Positions 50,321 to 61,046 of a stretch of 64,000 bases of DNA are shown here, piece after piece. Location: NCBI GenBank assembly GCA_963748015.1, contig CAVVHE010000006.1:96001-160000 (forward strand), in the 5' to 3' direction. The stretch is from Terriglobia bacterium. GTDB lineage: Bacteria; Acidobacteriota; Polarisedimenticolia; Polarisedimenticolales; JAIQFR01. The stretch's first letter is position 1; the number at the start of each line of letters is the position of its first letter. Below the pieces are notes generated by a model. That model was not told the origin of the DNA. It saw nothing but the letters and a program-made list of their open reading frames with translations, and ran no database searches. The translations under genes and the position numbers were made by a program.

Positions 50321-52038
50321 GCGCTCTCGACGTCGTCGTCCTCCTCGGCACGCTCGTGGGCATCGCCGCCTACGGTGCCTGGAAGACGCGCGGCAACCGC
50401 GACCTCGAGGAGTACTTCGGCGGCGACCACTCGATGAAGTGGGGCACCATCGGCCTCTCGGTGATGGCGACCCAGGCGAGCGCCGTGACCTTCCTCTCGA
50501 CGCCCGGCTTCGGCTACGAGAAGGGAATGGAGTTCGTCCAGAACTACCTGGGCCTGCCGATCGCCCTGGTCCTCGTGTCCGCCGCTGTTCATCCCCGTGT
50601 ACTACCGGAGCGGCGTGTACACGGCCTACGAGTACCTCGAGCGGCGCTTCGACCTCAAGACCCGGCAGCTGGGCGCCGTCCTGTTCCTCGTGCAGCGGGG
50701 ACTCGCTTCCGGCATCACGCTCTATGCCCCCGCGATCATCGTCTCGAATCTCATGGGGTGGAGACTCAACTCCACCATCCTGCTGTCGGGGCTCCTGGTC
50801 GTGATCTACACGGTCGCCGGGGGCTCCCGGGCGGTCAGCCTCACGCAGAAGCACCAGATGGCGGTGATCCTGGTCGGCATGGGCGTGGCGTTCCTCCTCG
50901 TCGTCGTGTACCTGTCCCGGGAGATCCCCATCGCGCAGGCCCTGCCCCTGGCGGGCAAGCTGGGGAAGATGGAGATCGTCAACTTCTCCTTCGACTACAG
51001 CCGGCGGTACACCTTCTGGTCGGGGATCTTCGGAGGCCTGTTCCTGGCGCTGTCGTACTTCGGCACGGACCAGTCGCAGGTGGGGCGCTATCTCACGGGG
51101 AAGTCGGTCACCGAGGGCCGCATGGGACTGATGTTCAACGCCGTGCTCAAGGTGCCGATGCAGTTCCTGATCCTGCTCACCGGGGTGATGGTGTTCCTGT
51201 TCTACCAGTTCGTGCAGCCGCCGATCCTCTTCAAGCGGCCGGCGCTCCAGGCCGTGTACGCGTCGGCGCGCGCCGGGGAGATGAAGGCGCTCGAGACCCG
51301 CTACGCCGCGGTGTTCACCGAGAAGCGCGAAGCGGTGCGGACGCTGGCCACGGCCCTCAAAAAAGGCGACGACGGCGCGGTCACCTTGGCCAGGGCCCGG
51401 GTCGGGGACCTCGCGGCGCGGGGGAGAAGATCCGGGACGAGGCGAAGTCGCTGGTGGCCGAGGTCGCCCCGGGGATGGAGGCGAAGGACTCCGACTACGT
51501 CTTCCTGACCTTCGTCGTGCAGCACCTCCCGCGAGGCGTCATCGGTCTCCTGATCGCGGTGATCTTCTGCGCCGGGATGTCGTCGAGCTCGTCCGAGTTC
51601 AACGCCCTCGGCTCGACCTCCACCGTCGACATCTACCGCCGGCTCGTCCGGCCGAAGGAGAGCGAGCGGCATTACGTGTTCGTGTCGAAGGCGCTCACGG
51701 CGTTCTGGGGACTGGTCGCGATCGCGTTCGCCATGGCGGCCTCGCTCGCCGAGAACCTGATCGAGGCGATCAACATTCTCGGGTCCCTGTTCTACGGCAC
51801 CATCCTGGGGATCTTCCTGACCGCGTTCCTGCTGAAGCGGGTGCAGGGGACCGCGGTGTTCCTTGCGGCCCTCCTGGCGGAGGGCACGGTCGTCACGCTC
51901 TACTTCACCACCCACATCGGCTATCTCTGGTACAACCTCATCGGCTGCATGATGGTCCTGGCGCTGGGCGCGGCGTTCGAGACCCTCCTGCCGGGTCCAC
52001 GCAGGAACGCCGTTGCCCCGGGGGTCGGAGGGAGCTAG
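50317..52038 (+). CDS. Sodium:solute symporter (two compensating frameshifts at ~50585 and ~51425)
   Basis: GLSVMATQASAVTFLSTPG; YTAYEYLERRF and YFGTDQSQVGRYL in the alternate frame; AGMSSSSSEFNAL back in the first frame. Confidence 0.9.
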   Translation: MSALDVVVLLGTLVGIAAYGAWKTRGNRDLEEYFGGDHSMKWGTIGLSVMATQASAVTFLSTPGFGYEKGMEFVQNYLGLPIALVLVSAAVHPRVLPERRVHGLRVPRAALRPQDPAAGRRPVPRAAGTRFRHHALCPRDHRLESHGVETQLHHPAVGAPGRDLHGRRGLPGGQPHAEAPDGGDPGRHGRGVPPRRRVPVPGDPHRAGPAPGGQAGEDGDRQLLLRLQPAVHLLVGDLRRPVPGAVVLRHGPVAGGALSHGEVGHRGPHGTDVQRRAQGADAVPDPAHRGDGVPVLPVRAAADPLQAAGAPGRVRVGARRGDEGARDPLRRGVHREARSGADAGHGPQKRRRRRGHLGQGPGRGPRGAGEKIRDEAKSLVAEVAPGMEAKDSDYVFLTFVVQHLPRGVIGLLIAVIFCAGMSSSSSEFNALGSTSTVDIYRRLVRPKESERHYVFVSKALTAFWGLVAIAFAMAASLAENLIEAINILGSLFYGTILGIFLTAFLLKRVQGTAVFLAALLAEGTVVTLYFTTHIGYLWYNLIGCMMVLALGAAFETLLPGPRRNAVAPGVGGS

Positions 52039-52095
52039 AATCGGCCGGCTCTTACCTTCGATTCAAGTCCAGGGTCTCGCTCGAGGAGGAACCGT

Positions 52096-52947
52096 ATGAA
52101 GAAGATCCTGTTGTCCGCCGCCGTTCTCATGTTGCTCATGCCGTCCGCGTTCGCGCAGCTCAAGCTGCCCCGGCCCAGCCAGAAGGGCTCGGTCATGCAG
52201 ACGGTCGGGCTGACCGACGTCACGATCACCTACAGCCGTCCCGGCGTGAAGGGACGCACCATCTGGGGCGACCTGGTTCCCTACGACAAGGTCTGGCGGA
52301 CGGGCGCCAACGAGGCCACCACCATCGTGTTCGGCAAGGACGTGACCATCAACGGCAAGCCGCTTCCCGCCGGCACGTACAGCCTGCACACCATCCCCGG
52401 CAAGAGCTCCTGGACGCTCATCTTCAACAAGAAGGCCGACCAGTGGGGCAGCTACAGCTACGACGCCGCACAGGACGCGCTGCGCGTCGAGGCCGCGCCG
52501 GCCGCGGGGCCGCACGTGGAGTGGCTGACCTTCTCCTTCCCCGACATCAAGAACGACTCCGCGCAGGTGGAGCTGGCCTGGGAGAAGCTGCGGGTGGCGT
52601 TCACGATCGGCGCCGACACCAACAACCAGGCGCTCGCCGAGATCCGGAAGACCCTGGCGGGCGAGGTGAAGGAGTGGAACGTCCCGTACGGCGCCGCCGG
52701 CTTCGTGTTCAACAACAACCTCGACAACAAGGCCGAGGCGATGAAGTGGATCGACCAGTCGATCGCCATGAAGGAGACGTTCTACAACCTCCGTCTCAAG
52801 GCGCAGATGCTCGCGAAGGACGGCAAGCCGAAGGACGCCGTCGCGTTCGGCGAGAAGGCCGTGGCCGTCGGCAAGGCCGACCCGAACGCCGCCGACGAGG
52901 TCGCGAAGCTGGAGAAGCAGATCGCGGAGTGGAAGGCCGGCAAGTAA
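52096..52947 (+). CDS. DUF2911 domain protein with TPR-like tail
   Basis: QTVGLTDVTITYSRPGVKGR, VWRTGANEAT, AGTYSLHTIP. Confidence 0.88.
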   Translation: MKKILLSAAVLMLLMPSAFAQLKLPRPSQKGSVMQTVGLTDVTITYSRPGVKGRTIWGDLVPYDKVWRTGANEATTIVFGKDVTINGKPLPAGTYSLHTIPGKSSWTLIFNKKADQWGSYSYDAAQDALRVEAAPAAGPHVEWLTFSFPDIKNDSAQVELAWEKLRVAFTIGADTNNQALAEIRKTLAGEVKEWNVPYGAAGFVFNNNLDNKAEAMKWIDQSIAMKETFYNLRLKAQMLAKDGKPKDAVAFGEKAVAVGKADPNAADEVAKLEKQIAEWKAGK

Positions 52948-52967
52948 CGCCGCCCCGAGGAGGCTCT

Positions 52968-54389
52968 ATGGCCGAGACGAAGAAGCCCAAGCCGGCGGTT
53001 GCGGCCAAGGAGGCTGCGGTCCCGGTGTCGGGCTCCGTGGGGACCTTCAAGGAACGGTATGCCAGGGGGAAGGCCCTGCGGGAGAGCTGCCCCCGTGACG
53101 CGCACGCGATCTGGAAGCCCGCCAAGGATCGCCCGGACGCGGTCGAGCTGGTTCTGGAGGCCGAGAAGGGACGCCTGCCCGAGCTGTTGCCCCTCCGCCA
53201 CGGGCGCATGGTCCGCTCCGCGTTCACCTTCTACCGGGGTTCGGCCCTCGCCATGGCCAGCGACCTCGCGTCCACCCCGGTCAGCGGGATCCGGGTCCAG
53301 TGTTGCGGGGATGCCCACCTGTGCAACTTCGGCGGGTTCGCGACGCCGGAGCGCCGGATCATCTTCTCCATCAACGACCTGGACGAGACCCTGCCGGCCC
53401 CCTGGGAGTGGGACGTCAAGCGCCTCGCGGCGAGCTTCGTCGTGGCGTGCCGGGACAACGGCCTGAGCGAGGCCGCAGCCAGGGACGCGGTCATGACCTG
53501 CGTCCGCACCTACCGCGAGTCCATGGCCGAGTTCAGCCAGATGAAGACGCTGGAGCTGTGGTATCGATCGCTGGGAGCGGACGAGCTGATCGCCGGTCTG
53601 AGCCCCGCCCTCCGGAAGCGCGCCTTGAAGCGCATCGAGAAGGAGAAAGCGAAGAGCCGCGGCGAGGAGATGTTCCCGAAGCTCGTGGAACACAAGGAAG
53701 GGAAGCCGCTGATCAAGGATCAGCTCCCGACGATCTTCCACGCGAAGGATCTCCCGCCGGGCGAGATCAAGCAGGCCTTACTCGACACGCTCGCGTCCTA
53801 CCGCGAGAGCCTGTCGCACTCCTCCCGATCCCTGCTCGATCGCTACGAGCCCCAGGACGTCGCCATCAAGGTGGTGGGGATCGGCAGCGTCGGGACCGCC
53901 TGCTGGGTGTTCCTCTTCATGGCCGGCGAAGACGACCCGCTCTTCCTCCAGGTCAAGGAGGCGCGCTCCTCGGTGCTGGAGCCGTACGCCGGCCGGAGCG
54001 TCTTTCCGAACCACGGCCAGCGAGTCGTGAACGGCTACCGGCTCATGCAGCCCGCGAGCGACATCTTCCTCGGGTGGTGCCGGGGCCCCAAGCGCGACTT
54101 CTTCGTCCGCCAGCTGAGGGACATCAAGATCAGCCTCATGGTGGAGACCTTCCGCGCCCCCGAGATGAGCGTCTACGGCACCTGGTGCGGCAGGGCGCTG
54201 GCCCTCTCCCACGCCCGCTCCGGAAGCCCTGCCACCCTCAGCGGGTACATGGGCAAGAGCGACGTCTTCGACCGGGCCATCGCGGCCTTCTCGGCGGCCT
54301 ATGCCGACCAGAACGAGAAGGACCACGCCGCCCTCGACCGCGCCGTCCGCGGGGGAAAGGTGAAGGCGGTCTTCGAAGAGGCGCGGTGA
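52968..54389 (+). CDS. DUF2252 family protein
   Basis: RHGRMVRSAFTFYRGSA, GDAHLCNFG, NDLDET, WEWDVKRL, KVVGIGSVG, LQVKEA. Confidence 0.92.
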   Translation: MAETKKPKPAVAAKEAAVPVSGSVGTFKERYARGKALRESCPRDAHAIWKPAKDRPDAVELVLEAEKGRLPELLPLRHGRMVRSAFTFYRGSALAMASDLASTPVSGIRVQCCGDAHLCNFGGFATPERRIIFSINDLDETLPAPWEWDVKRLAASFVVACRDNGLSEAAARDAVMTCVRTYRESMAEFSQMKTLELWYRSLGADELIAGLSPALRKRALKRIEKEKAKSRGEEMFPKLVEHKEGKPLIKDQLPTIFHAKDLPPGEIKQALLDTLASYRESLSHSSRSLLDRYEPQDVAIKVVGIGSVGTACWVFLFMAGEDDPLFLQVKEARSSVLEPYAGRSVFPNHGQRVVNGYRLMQPASDIFLGWCRGPKRDFFVRQLRDIKISLMVETFRAPEMSVYGTWCGRALALSHARSGSPATLSGYMGKSDVFDRAIAAFSAAYADQNEKDHAALDRAVRGGKVKAVFEEAR

Positions 54390-54420
54390 GGCGCGGATCC
54401 GTGGCCCTCGTCTTGAGCGG

Positions 54421-54954
54421 TCAGAATCGCCAGTAGGCTCCGACCGACAGCGAGTTGAGGCTCGTGTCCACGTCGTACGTTTCCCACTCGGCGCGGACGC
54501 CAAGGCCCATGAAGAAGGTCCAGTCCACCCCTACGCCGTACAGCATCTGCCAGTTGTCCTCGTCGAACGTCGAGACGGCTTCGTCGATGGTGAACGAGCC
54601 CTTCGCGGAGATGTTGGCGTAGCCGACCTTGGCGAACAGCTGGATCTTCTTGCCGACGGGCAAGATTCCCCGCACGCTCAGGTCGTACGCCTCCAGGTCC
54701 GCCTCGACGGAGTTAGCGCCCGACGTGTCGCTGTGGCTGCCGAGATCGCGGTAAGACGCCTCCACGCCGACGAACTTGAAGAACGTCATTCCGGCGAACG
54801 CCTTCCATGCGGTCGCGCTGGTGTCGAAGCTGGCTGCCGCGTCCTGGAACTCGGCGCTGGTGCTCAACGCGCTCGCGCCCACGCAAATACCCGCGCTAGC
54901 GCTCGTGGCACACGCGGCCATCAGCAAGAAGAGAACCGGAACGAATCGCCTCAT
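54421..54954 (-). CDS. OmpA-like outer-membrane beta-barrel
   Basis: WKAFAG...GVEASYRDLG; GVRAEWE; terminal F; paralog of 28333. Confidence 0.85.
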   Translation of the reverse strand: MRRFVPVLFLLMAACATSASAGICVGASALSTSAEFQDAAASFDTSATAWKAFAGMTFFKFVGVEASYRDLGSHSDTSGANSVEADLEAYDLSVRGILPVGKKIQLFAKVGYANISAKGSFTIDEAVSTFDEDNWQMLYGVGVDWTFFMGLGVRAEWETYDVDTSLNSLSVGAYWRF

Positions 54955-55224
54955 GGAACGAATCCTCCCTTGGCTCGAAAATCAACGCTCCTGCGCGTCC
55001 GGGATGCCGCGGACGGTGCATTGTCACACGGCAAATCTAGGCAATGCGTTGCGGGATTCAAGGCCGCGGTTTTCCATGCGTCCCTCCCCCCCAAAAACAC
55101 CGCGCATCCGCTTGTATTTCGCTGCCCCAAACGGGTAGCATCGCAACCTAATCGGGTCGTCGCCGTCGGGTCGGGCCGACGCACGGAGTTGACCGGTTCG
55201 TCGGCGGAAGAGAAGGGGGCATCC

Positions 55225-56445
55225 ATGCGTTCTCCACTCTTCCTCGGCGCCGCCGCGCCGCGAGGCACGCGCGTCGCCGGGCCCCGGATCCACTCCGCGG
55301 CGCTCGTTTTCATCATCCTGGCTCTTCTTGCGGCTTCCGGGTGCGGCAAGGACCGCGCGAAGACGGGCCCGGGCGACGGGGGCCCGGTCGAGGTCGTCGC
55401 GCTGACGGTGGCCTCGCGGGACGTCCCCGTTTCCTTCGAGTACGTCGCGCAGGCCCAGAGCTCTCGCCAGGTGAACATCCAGGCGCGCGTCAGCGGTTTT
55501 CTGGAGAAAAGGGTCTACACCGAGGGGAGTCCGGTCAAGGAAGGGCAGGTGCTCTTCCTCATGGATGCCAAGCCGTTCGAGGTCCAGGTCGAAGCGCAGG
55601 CGGCGGCGCTGGCGAGGCAGCAGGCGGCCCTCGAGGTCGCGCGGGCCGACCTCGAGCGCACGAAACCGCTGACGGCCGCGAACGCGCTCTCCCAGAAGGA
55701 CCTGGACGACGCCAACGGCCAGTTCCTCGGCACGTCGGCGGCGGTCGAGGAGGCGAAGGCCCGGCTGGAGACGGCGAAGCTCAGCCTGTCGTACTGCACC
55801 ATCGTTTCCCCCGTGAGCGGCATCACGAGCGCCGCCCTCCAGCAGGACGGCACCTACATCAGTCCCCAGAACAGCCTCCTGACCACCGTCGCGGTGCTCT
55901 CCCCCATCTGGGTGAATTTCAGCCTCTCCCAGAACGAGATGCAGACGTACCGTGAACAGCTCGCGACGGGCCGGCTACGCGGACCCAAGGACGGCAGCTA
56001 CCTCGTCGAGGTCCTCCTCACCGACGGCTCCGTCTTCCCGCACACCGGCCGCATCACCTTCGCCGCGCCGTCGTTCAGCGCCCAGACGGGAACTTTTCTC
56101 GTCCGCGCCAGCGTCGACAATCCGGAAGGGATCCTCCGACCGAACGCGTACGTGCGCGTCCGGCTGAGCGGAGCCGTGCGGCCCGCTGCGATCCTCGTCC
56201 CCCAGCGGTCCGTGCAGCAGGGCTCGGAGGGGCATTTTGTCTGGGTGGTCGACAAGGAGAGCAAGGCCAGGCCGCGCCCCGTCCAGGTCGGCGAATGGCA
56301 CGGGAACGACTGGTTCGTGTCCGAGGGCCTGCACGCCGGAGACCAGGTGATCGTGGACGGCACCCTCGCGCTGCGGGCGGGCTCGCCCGTCGTCGTGAAG
56401 TCCGCGCCGGCCGCCCCGGCAGATGCTACCGGATCGGTGCGCTGA
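55225..56445 (+). CDS. RND efflux periplasmic adaptor (MFP), lipoprotein
   Basis: ASGC lipobox; VNIQARVSGFL; IVSPVSG; GLHAGDQVIVDG. Confidence 0.92.
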   Translation: MRSPLFLGAAAPRGTRVAGPRIHSAALVFIILALLAASGCGKDRAKTGPGDGGPVEVVALTVASRDVPVSFEYVAQAQSSRQVNIQARVSGFLEKRVYTEGSPVKEGQVLFLMDAKPFEVQVEAQAAALARQQAALEVARADLERTKPLTAANALSQKDLDDANGQFLGTSAAVEEAKARLETAKLSLSYCTIVSPVSGITSAALQQDGTYISPQNSLLTTVAVLSPIWVNFSLSQNEMQTYREQLATGRLRGPKDGSYLVEVLLTDGSVFPHTGRITFAAPSFSAQTGTFLVRASVDNPEGILRPNAYVRVRLSGAVRPAAILVPQRSVQQGSEGHFVWVVDKESKARPRPVQVGEWHGNDWFVSEGLHAGDQVIVDGTLALRAGSPVVVKSAPAAPADATGSVR

Positions 56446-56463
56446 GCGCGGAGGGTCGCAGCC

Positions 56464-59400
56464 ATGTTCTCGAAGTTCTTCATCGAGCGACCGATCTTCG
56501 CGTCGGTGATCTCGATCATCCTGTGCCTGGCCGGCCTGGTGGCCATGCGCGCTCTGCCGATCGAGCAGTACCCCACCATCACCCCCGTGCAGGTGACCGT
56601 CAGCGCCACCTATCCGGGCGCCGACTCGAAGACGCTCGCCGACTCGGTGGCGGCGCCGATCGAGGCCCAGATCAACGGCGTCGACAACATGCTCTACATG
56701 ACGTCGACCAGCTCCTCCACGGGGATGCTGAACCTCACCGTCTATTTCTCGCTCGACACCGACCCGGACATCGCGCAGGTCCAGGTGCAGAACCGGGTCA
56801 ACCTCGCCGTCCCGCAGCTTCCCTCGGCCGTGGTCCAGCAGGGCGTGTCGGTGCAGAAGAAATCCTCGTCGATCATGATGCTGATCGGCATCTACTCGAA
56901 GGAGAAGCGCTACAGCAGCGAGTACATCGCCAATTACGCGAACGTGTACGTCCTCGACGCGCTCAAGCGGATCCCCGGCGCCGGGCAGGCGTCGATCATG
57001 GGGGTTCCCGACCAGGCCATGCGGATCTGGATGAATCCGGATCGCATGGCCTCGCTCAAGATCACCACCAGCGACATCCAGCGCGCGGTGTCCAGCCAGA
57101 ACGCCCTCTACGGCGCGGGACAGATCGGCCAGCAGCCCACGGCGGGGCGCGTCGAGCTGACGTTCCCGGTGGTCACCCAGGGAGCCTTCACGGACCCGTC
57201 CGGCTACGAGAACATCATTCTCCTCGCCGGCGAGGGCGAGGGCGCCATCGTCCGCCTGAAGGACGTCGCGCGGGTCGAGGTGGGACTCCGGCAGTACGTC
57301 GTGGACAGCAGGCTGAACGGCTTGCCGGCCACCTTCGTCGCCGTCTACCAGCAACCCGGCGCGAATGCGCTCCAGGTCTCGCAGGCGGTTCGCGAGGCTC
57401 TCGAAGGGATGAAGGCGCGCTTCCCCGACGGGCTGGACTACCTGGTGTCGCTGGACACCACCGAGTTCGTCCGTCTCTCCATCGACGAGGTCATCGAGAC
57501 CCTGTTCATCGCCATCGCCCTGGTGGTCCTCGTCGTCTACCTCTTCCTGCAGAACTTCCGTGCCACCGTCATCTGCTCGATCGCGGTCGTCGTCGCGCTG
57601 CTCGGCACGTTCCCCTTCATGCTCGCCCTCGGGTTCTCCGTCAACCTGCTGACGCTCTTCGGACTGGTGCTAGCCATCGGCATCGTCGTGGACGACGCGA
57701 TCGTCGTCGTGGAGAACGTCGAGCGCAACATGATCCAGCGCCACCTCGGCACGAAGGAAGCCACCATCGCCGCGATGGGGGAGGTGGTGAGCCCCGTCAT
57801 CGCGACGGTTCTGGTCATGGCCTCCATCTTCGTCCCCGCCTCCTTCCTTCCGGGCACGACGGGGCAGCTCTACAAGCAGTTCGCGATCACGATCGCGATC
57901 TCGGTCGCGATCTCCGGGTTCGTCGCCCTCACCCTGACCCCGGCGATGTGCGGCGTCCTGCTGAGGCACAAGGCGCCGCCGAAGCGAGGGCCCTTCGCCT
58001 GGTTCAACCGCCAGTTCGACGCCATGACCCAGGGCTTCGGACGGATGGTGGTGGCGATCATCCGCCGAAAGCTCATCGCGCTGGCGTTCCTCGCCGTGTT
58101 CGTGGCGGGGATCGTGTTCTTCTTCAAAGTGCTGCCGACCAGCTTCGTGCCGAACGAGGACCAGGGCTACGTCATGACGGCCGTCGTGATGCCGGATGCC
58201 GCCAGCCTCGACCGGACCGACGAGGTCACCACACGGGCCGACGCGATCTTCGCCGAGACGCCGGGAGTCGCCGACCGCACGCAGATCACCGGCTACAGCC
58301 TGCTGGACGGCGGCCTGAAGACGAACGCCGGGACTCTCTTCGTGACGCTGAAGCCGTACGACGAGCGCTACGATTCCGCGAAGAAGGCCCGGGCCGAGAA
58401 CGCGGGGGCGGTGCTGAGGAGCGTGTACGCGCGCAGCCGGGAGATTCGCGAGGGAATGGTCATCCCCGTCGCTCCTCCGGCGATCCCCGGCATCGGAACG
58501 ACCGGCGGATTCGAGTTCTGGATCCAGGACCGCGGCGCCGGGGATCCCGCCCGGCTCGACGAGCTGACCCGGAAGCTCCTCGGCAAGGCACGGGAGCGCC
58601 CGGAGCTGACGGGGCTGAACAGCACCTTTCGCTCGAACACCGTGCAGCTGCGCGCCGAGGTCGACCGCGAGAAGGCGACGCTGCTGGGCGTTTCCGTACA
58701 GGACGTCTACAACGCGATCCAGGCCCAGTTCGGCTCGCTGACGGCCAGTCAATTCAACCAGTTCAGCCGCGTCTGGTGGGTCGTGCTCCAGTCGGACCCC
58801 CGATACCGGCAGAGCCCCAGCGACCTCACGCGCCTCTACACGCGCTCGAGCCAGGGCGAGATGGTGCCGCTCTCCGCGGTGGTCAAGACGTCGTGGGTGG
58901 CGGGGCCCGATCTCCTGCCGCACTTCAACGGCCTCCCGGCCGCCAAGGTGAACGGCTCGCCCGCCCCCGGCTACAGCTCGGGCCAGGCCATCCAGGCGAT
59001 GGAGGAGGTCGCCGGAGAGGTCCTGCCCGCCGGCTACACCTTCGCATGGTCGGGGCTCGCCTTCGAGGAAACCAAGTCGGCGGGGACCTCCACGTCCGCG
59101 TTCGTCTTCGGCTTCATCATCGTGTTCCTCGTCCTGGCCGCGCAGTACGAGTCGTGGACGCTGCCCGGCGCGGTCATGACCGCCGTGCCGTTCGGCATCC
59201 TGGGAGCGCTGCTCCTGAACTGGATCCGGGGGCTCGAGAACGACGTCTACTTCCAGATCGGACTGCTCGTGCTCATCGGCCTGGGGGCGAAGAACGCGCT
59301 GCTTCGGGTGACCTTCGCGGTGGACCTGCGCAAGCAGGGAAAGTCGCTGATGGACGCCACGATCGAGGCGGGGGAGATGCGCCTGAGGCCGATCATCATG

Positions 59401-59628
59401 ACGTCCCTCGCGTTCGTCCTCGGCGTGCTGCCGCTGGCCGTCGCCATGGGGGTGGGCGCCAACTCGCGACACTCCATCGGCACGGGAATCATCGGCGGGA
59501 TGCTCGGGGAGACCACGCTGGCGATGCTCTACGTCCCGCTGTTCTTCTACATCTTCGAGAGTTTCTCCGAGTGGCTGCGTGACCGGAAGAAGTCGCCGTC
59601 TCCCGCCGCGCGCAAGGAGGGGGACTGA
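56464..59628 (+). CDS. RND efflux permease (HAE1/AcrB family)
   Basis: MFSKFFIERPIFA; GIVVDDAIVVVEN; RLRPIIMTS; 1054 aa. Confidence 0.96.
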   Translation: MFSKFFIERPIFASVISIILCLAGLVAMRALPIEQYPTITPVQVTVSATYPGADSKTLADSVAAPIEAQINGVDNMLYMTSTSSSTGMLNLTVYFSLDTDPDIAQVQVQNRVNLAVPQLPSAVVQQGVSVQKKSSSIMMLIGIYSKEKRYSSEYIANYANVYVLDALKRIPGAGQASIMGVPDQAMRIWMNPDRMASLKITTSDIQRAVSSQNALYGAGQIGQQPTAGRVELTFPVVTQGAFTDPSGYENIILLAGEGEGAIVRLKDVARVEVGLRQYVVDSRLNGLPATFVAVYQQPGANALQVSQAVREALEGMKARFPDGLDYLVSLDTTEFVRLSIDEVIETLFIAIALVVLVVYLFLQNFRATVICSIAVVVALLGTFPFMLALGFSVNLLTLFGLVLAIGIVVDDAIVVVENVERNMIQRHLGTKEATIAAMGEVVSPVIATVLVMASIFVPASFLPGTTGQLYKQFAITIAISVAISGFVALTLTPAMCGVLLRHKAPPKRGPFAWFNRQFDAMTQGFGRMVVAIIRRKLIALAFLAVFVAGIVFFFKVLPTSFVPNEDQGYVMTAVVMPDAASLDRTDEVTTRADAIFAETPGVADRTQITGYSLLDGGLKTNAGTLFVTLKPYDERYDSAKKARAENAGAVLRSVYARSREIREGMVIPVAPPAIPGIGTTGGFEFWIQDRGAGDPARLDELTRKLLGKARERPELTGLNSTFRSNTVQLRAEVDREKATLLGVSVQDVYNAIQAQFGSLTASQFNQFSRVWWVVLQSDPRYRQSPSDLTRLYTRSSQGEMVPLSAVVKTSWVAGPDLLPHFNGLPAAKVNGSPAPGYSSGQAIQAMEEVAGEVLPAGYTFAWSGLAFEETKSAGTSTSAFVFGFIIVFLVLAAQYESWTLPGAVMTAVPFGILGALLLNWIRGLENDVYFQIGLLVLIGLGAKNALLRVTFAVDLRKQGKSLMDATIEAGEMRLRPIIMTSLAFVLGVLPLAVAMGVGANSRHSIGTGIIGGMLGETTLAMLYVPLFFYIFESFSEWLRDRKKSPSPAARKEGD

Positions 59629-59629
59629 C

Positions 59630-61036
59630 ATGCGCCGAGCCATCGTGGCGCTGCTCGTCCTGCCGCTCACCGGCTGCATGATGGGGCCCGACTATCAGCG
59701 TCCCGCGGTGGATGCGCCGCCCGCCTTCCGCTACGAGACGGCGGATGCCCAGGAGACCGCGAACACGACCTGGTGGCAGCAGTTCCAGGACCCGGTGCTC
59801 GACGGGCTCATCGCCGAGGCTCTCGCCAACAACCTGACCGTCAAGATCGCCGCCGCGAACGTCGAGCAGGCCGCCGCGGTGTTCACCCAGGTCCGCTCGC
59901 CGCTCTATCCCCAGGTCGGCTACGGCGCCGGCGGCGCGCGTGAGCGGGCGAGCGAAGCGGGGTCGGTATCCGTCCCGTTCGAGGTCCCGAATCCCCGGGA
60001 CTCGTACCAGGTTCTCGCCGGCGCTAGCTGGGAAATCGATCTCTGGGGCCGGATCCGGCGCCTCTCGGAGTCGGCGCGAGCGCAGGTGCTCGCCACCGAG
60101 GAAGCCCGCCGCGGCGTGATTCTCAGCCTCGTGGCCTCCGTCGCCAACGGCTACCTCCAGCTCCGCGGCCTGGACGAGCAGCTCGCGATCGCGATGCGCA
60201 CCAGGGACGTCTACGCGGCGTCCGTGAGCCTCTTCGAGCTGCAATTCAAGTACGGCCTGAAATCCGGGATGACGGTGGAGCAGGCGCGGACCCAGTACGA
60301 GACCGCCGCCGCCGCCATTCCGCAGCTCGAGGCGCAGATCGCGCAGACCGAGAACTCGATCTCGATCCTGCTCGGCCGCAATCCCGGCCCGATCCAGCGG
60401 GGGAAGTCGATCAACGATTTCGCGTTGCCGACGATCCCGGCCGGCGTTCCCTCGCAGGTGCTCGAGCGCCGCCCCGACGTCCGGCAGGCCGAGCAGAACC
60501 TGGTCGCCCTGAACGCCCAGATCGGCGCGGCCAAGGCACGCTACTTCCCCACGATCTCCCTCACCGGGACCTTCGGCACGGCGAGCGCCGAGCTGTCGAA
60601 CCTCTTCAAGGGGTCGGCGCGGGTCTGGAGCTACGGCGGCTCGATCACGGGCCCGATCTTCGCGGGCGGAGCCATCACGGCCCAGGTCCGGCAGGCCGAG
60701 GCCGCGCGGAAAGGCGCCGAGCTGGGCTACGCGGCGGCGATCCAGAGCGCGTTCGCCGACGTGGATGACGCGCTGGTCAAGCGGGAGAAGCTCGTCGAGC
60801 AGCTGGCGGCCCAGGCGCGTTTGGTCACCGCTTCCCGGGAGTACGCGCGGCTGGCGCGCCTCCAGTTCGACGGGGGCGTCACCCCCTACCTGACGGTGCT
60901 GCAGGCAGAGCAGCAGCTCTTCCCCGCCGAGCTCAACGAGGCCCAGCTCCGCTCGTCGCTCTTCGCCGCCACGGTCAACGTGTACAAGGCGATGGGAGGC
61001 GGTTGGGTCGAGGTGGCGGAGGAGGGAGCCCGGTAG
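59630..61036 (+). CDS. Efflux outer-membrane factor lipoprotein (NodT/OprM family)
   Basis: LTGCMMGPDYQRP; WEIDLWGR; RRPDVRQAE; YKAMGGGW. Confidence 0.94.
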   Translation: MRRAIVALLVLPLTGCMMGPDYQRPAVDAPPAFRYETADAQETANTTWWQQFQDPVLDGLIAEALANNLTVKIAAANVEQAAAVFTQVRSPLYPQVGYGAGGARERASEAGSVSVPFEVPNPRDSYQVLAGASWEIDLWGRIRRLSESARAQVLATEEARRGVILSLVASVANGYLQLRGLDEQLAIAMRTRDVYAASVSLFELQFKYGLKSGMTVEQARTQYETAAAAIPQLEAQIAQTENSISILLGRNPGPIQRGKSINDFALPTIPAGVPSQVLERRPDVRQAEQNLVALNAQIGAAKARYFPTISLTGTFGTASAELSNLFKGSARVWSYGGSITGPIFAGGAITAQVRQAEAARKGAELGYAAAIQSAFADVDDALVKREKLVEQLAAQARLVTASREYARLARLQFDGGVTPYLTVLQAEQQLFPAELNEAQLRSSLFAATVNVYKAMGGGWVEVAEEGAR

Positions 61037-61046
61037 GGCCCATCTC

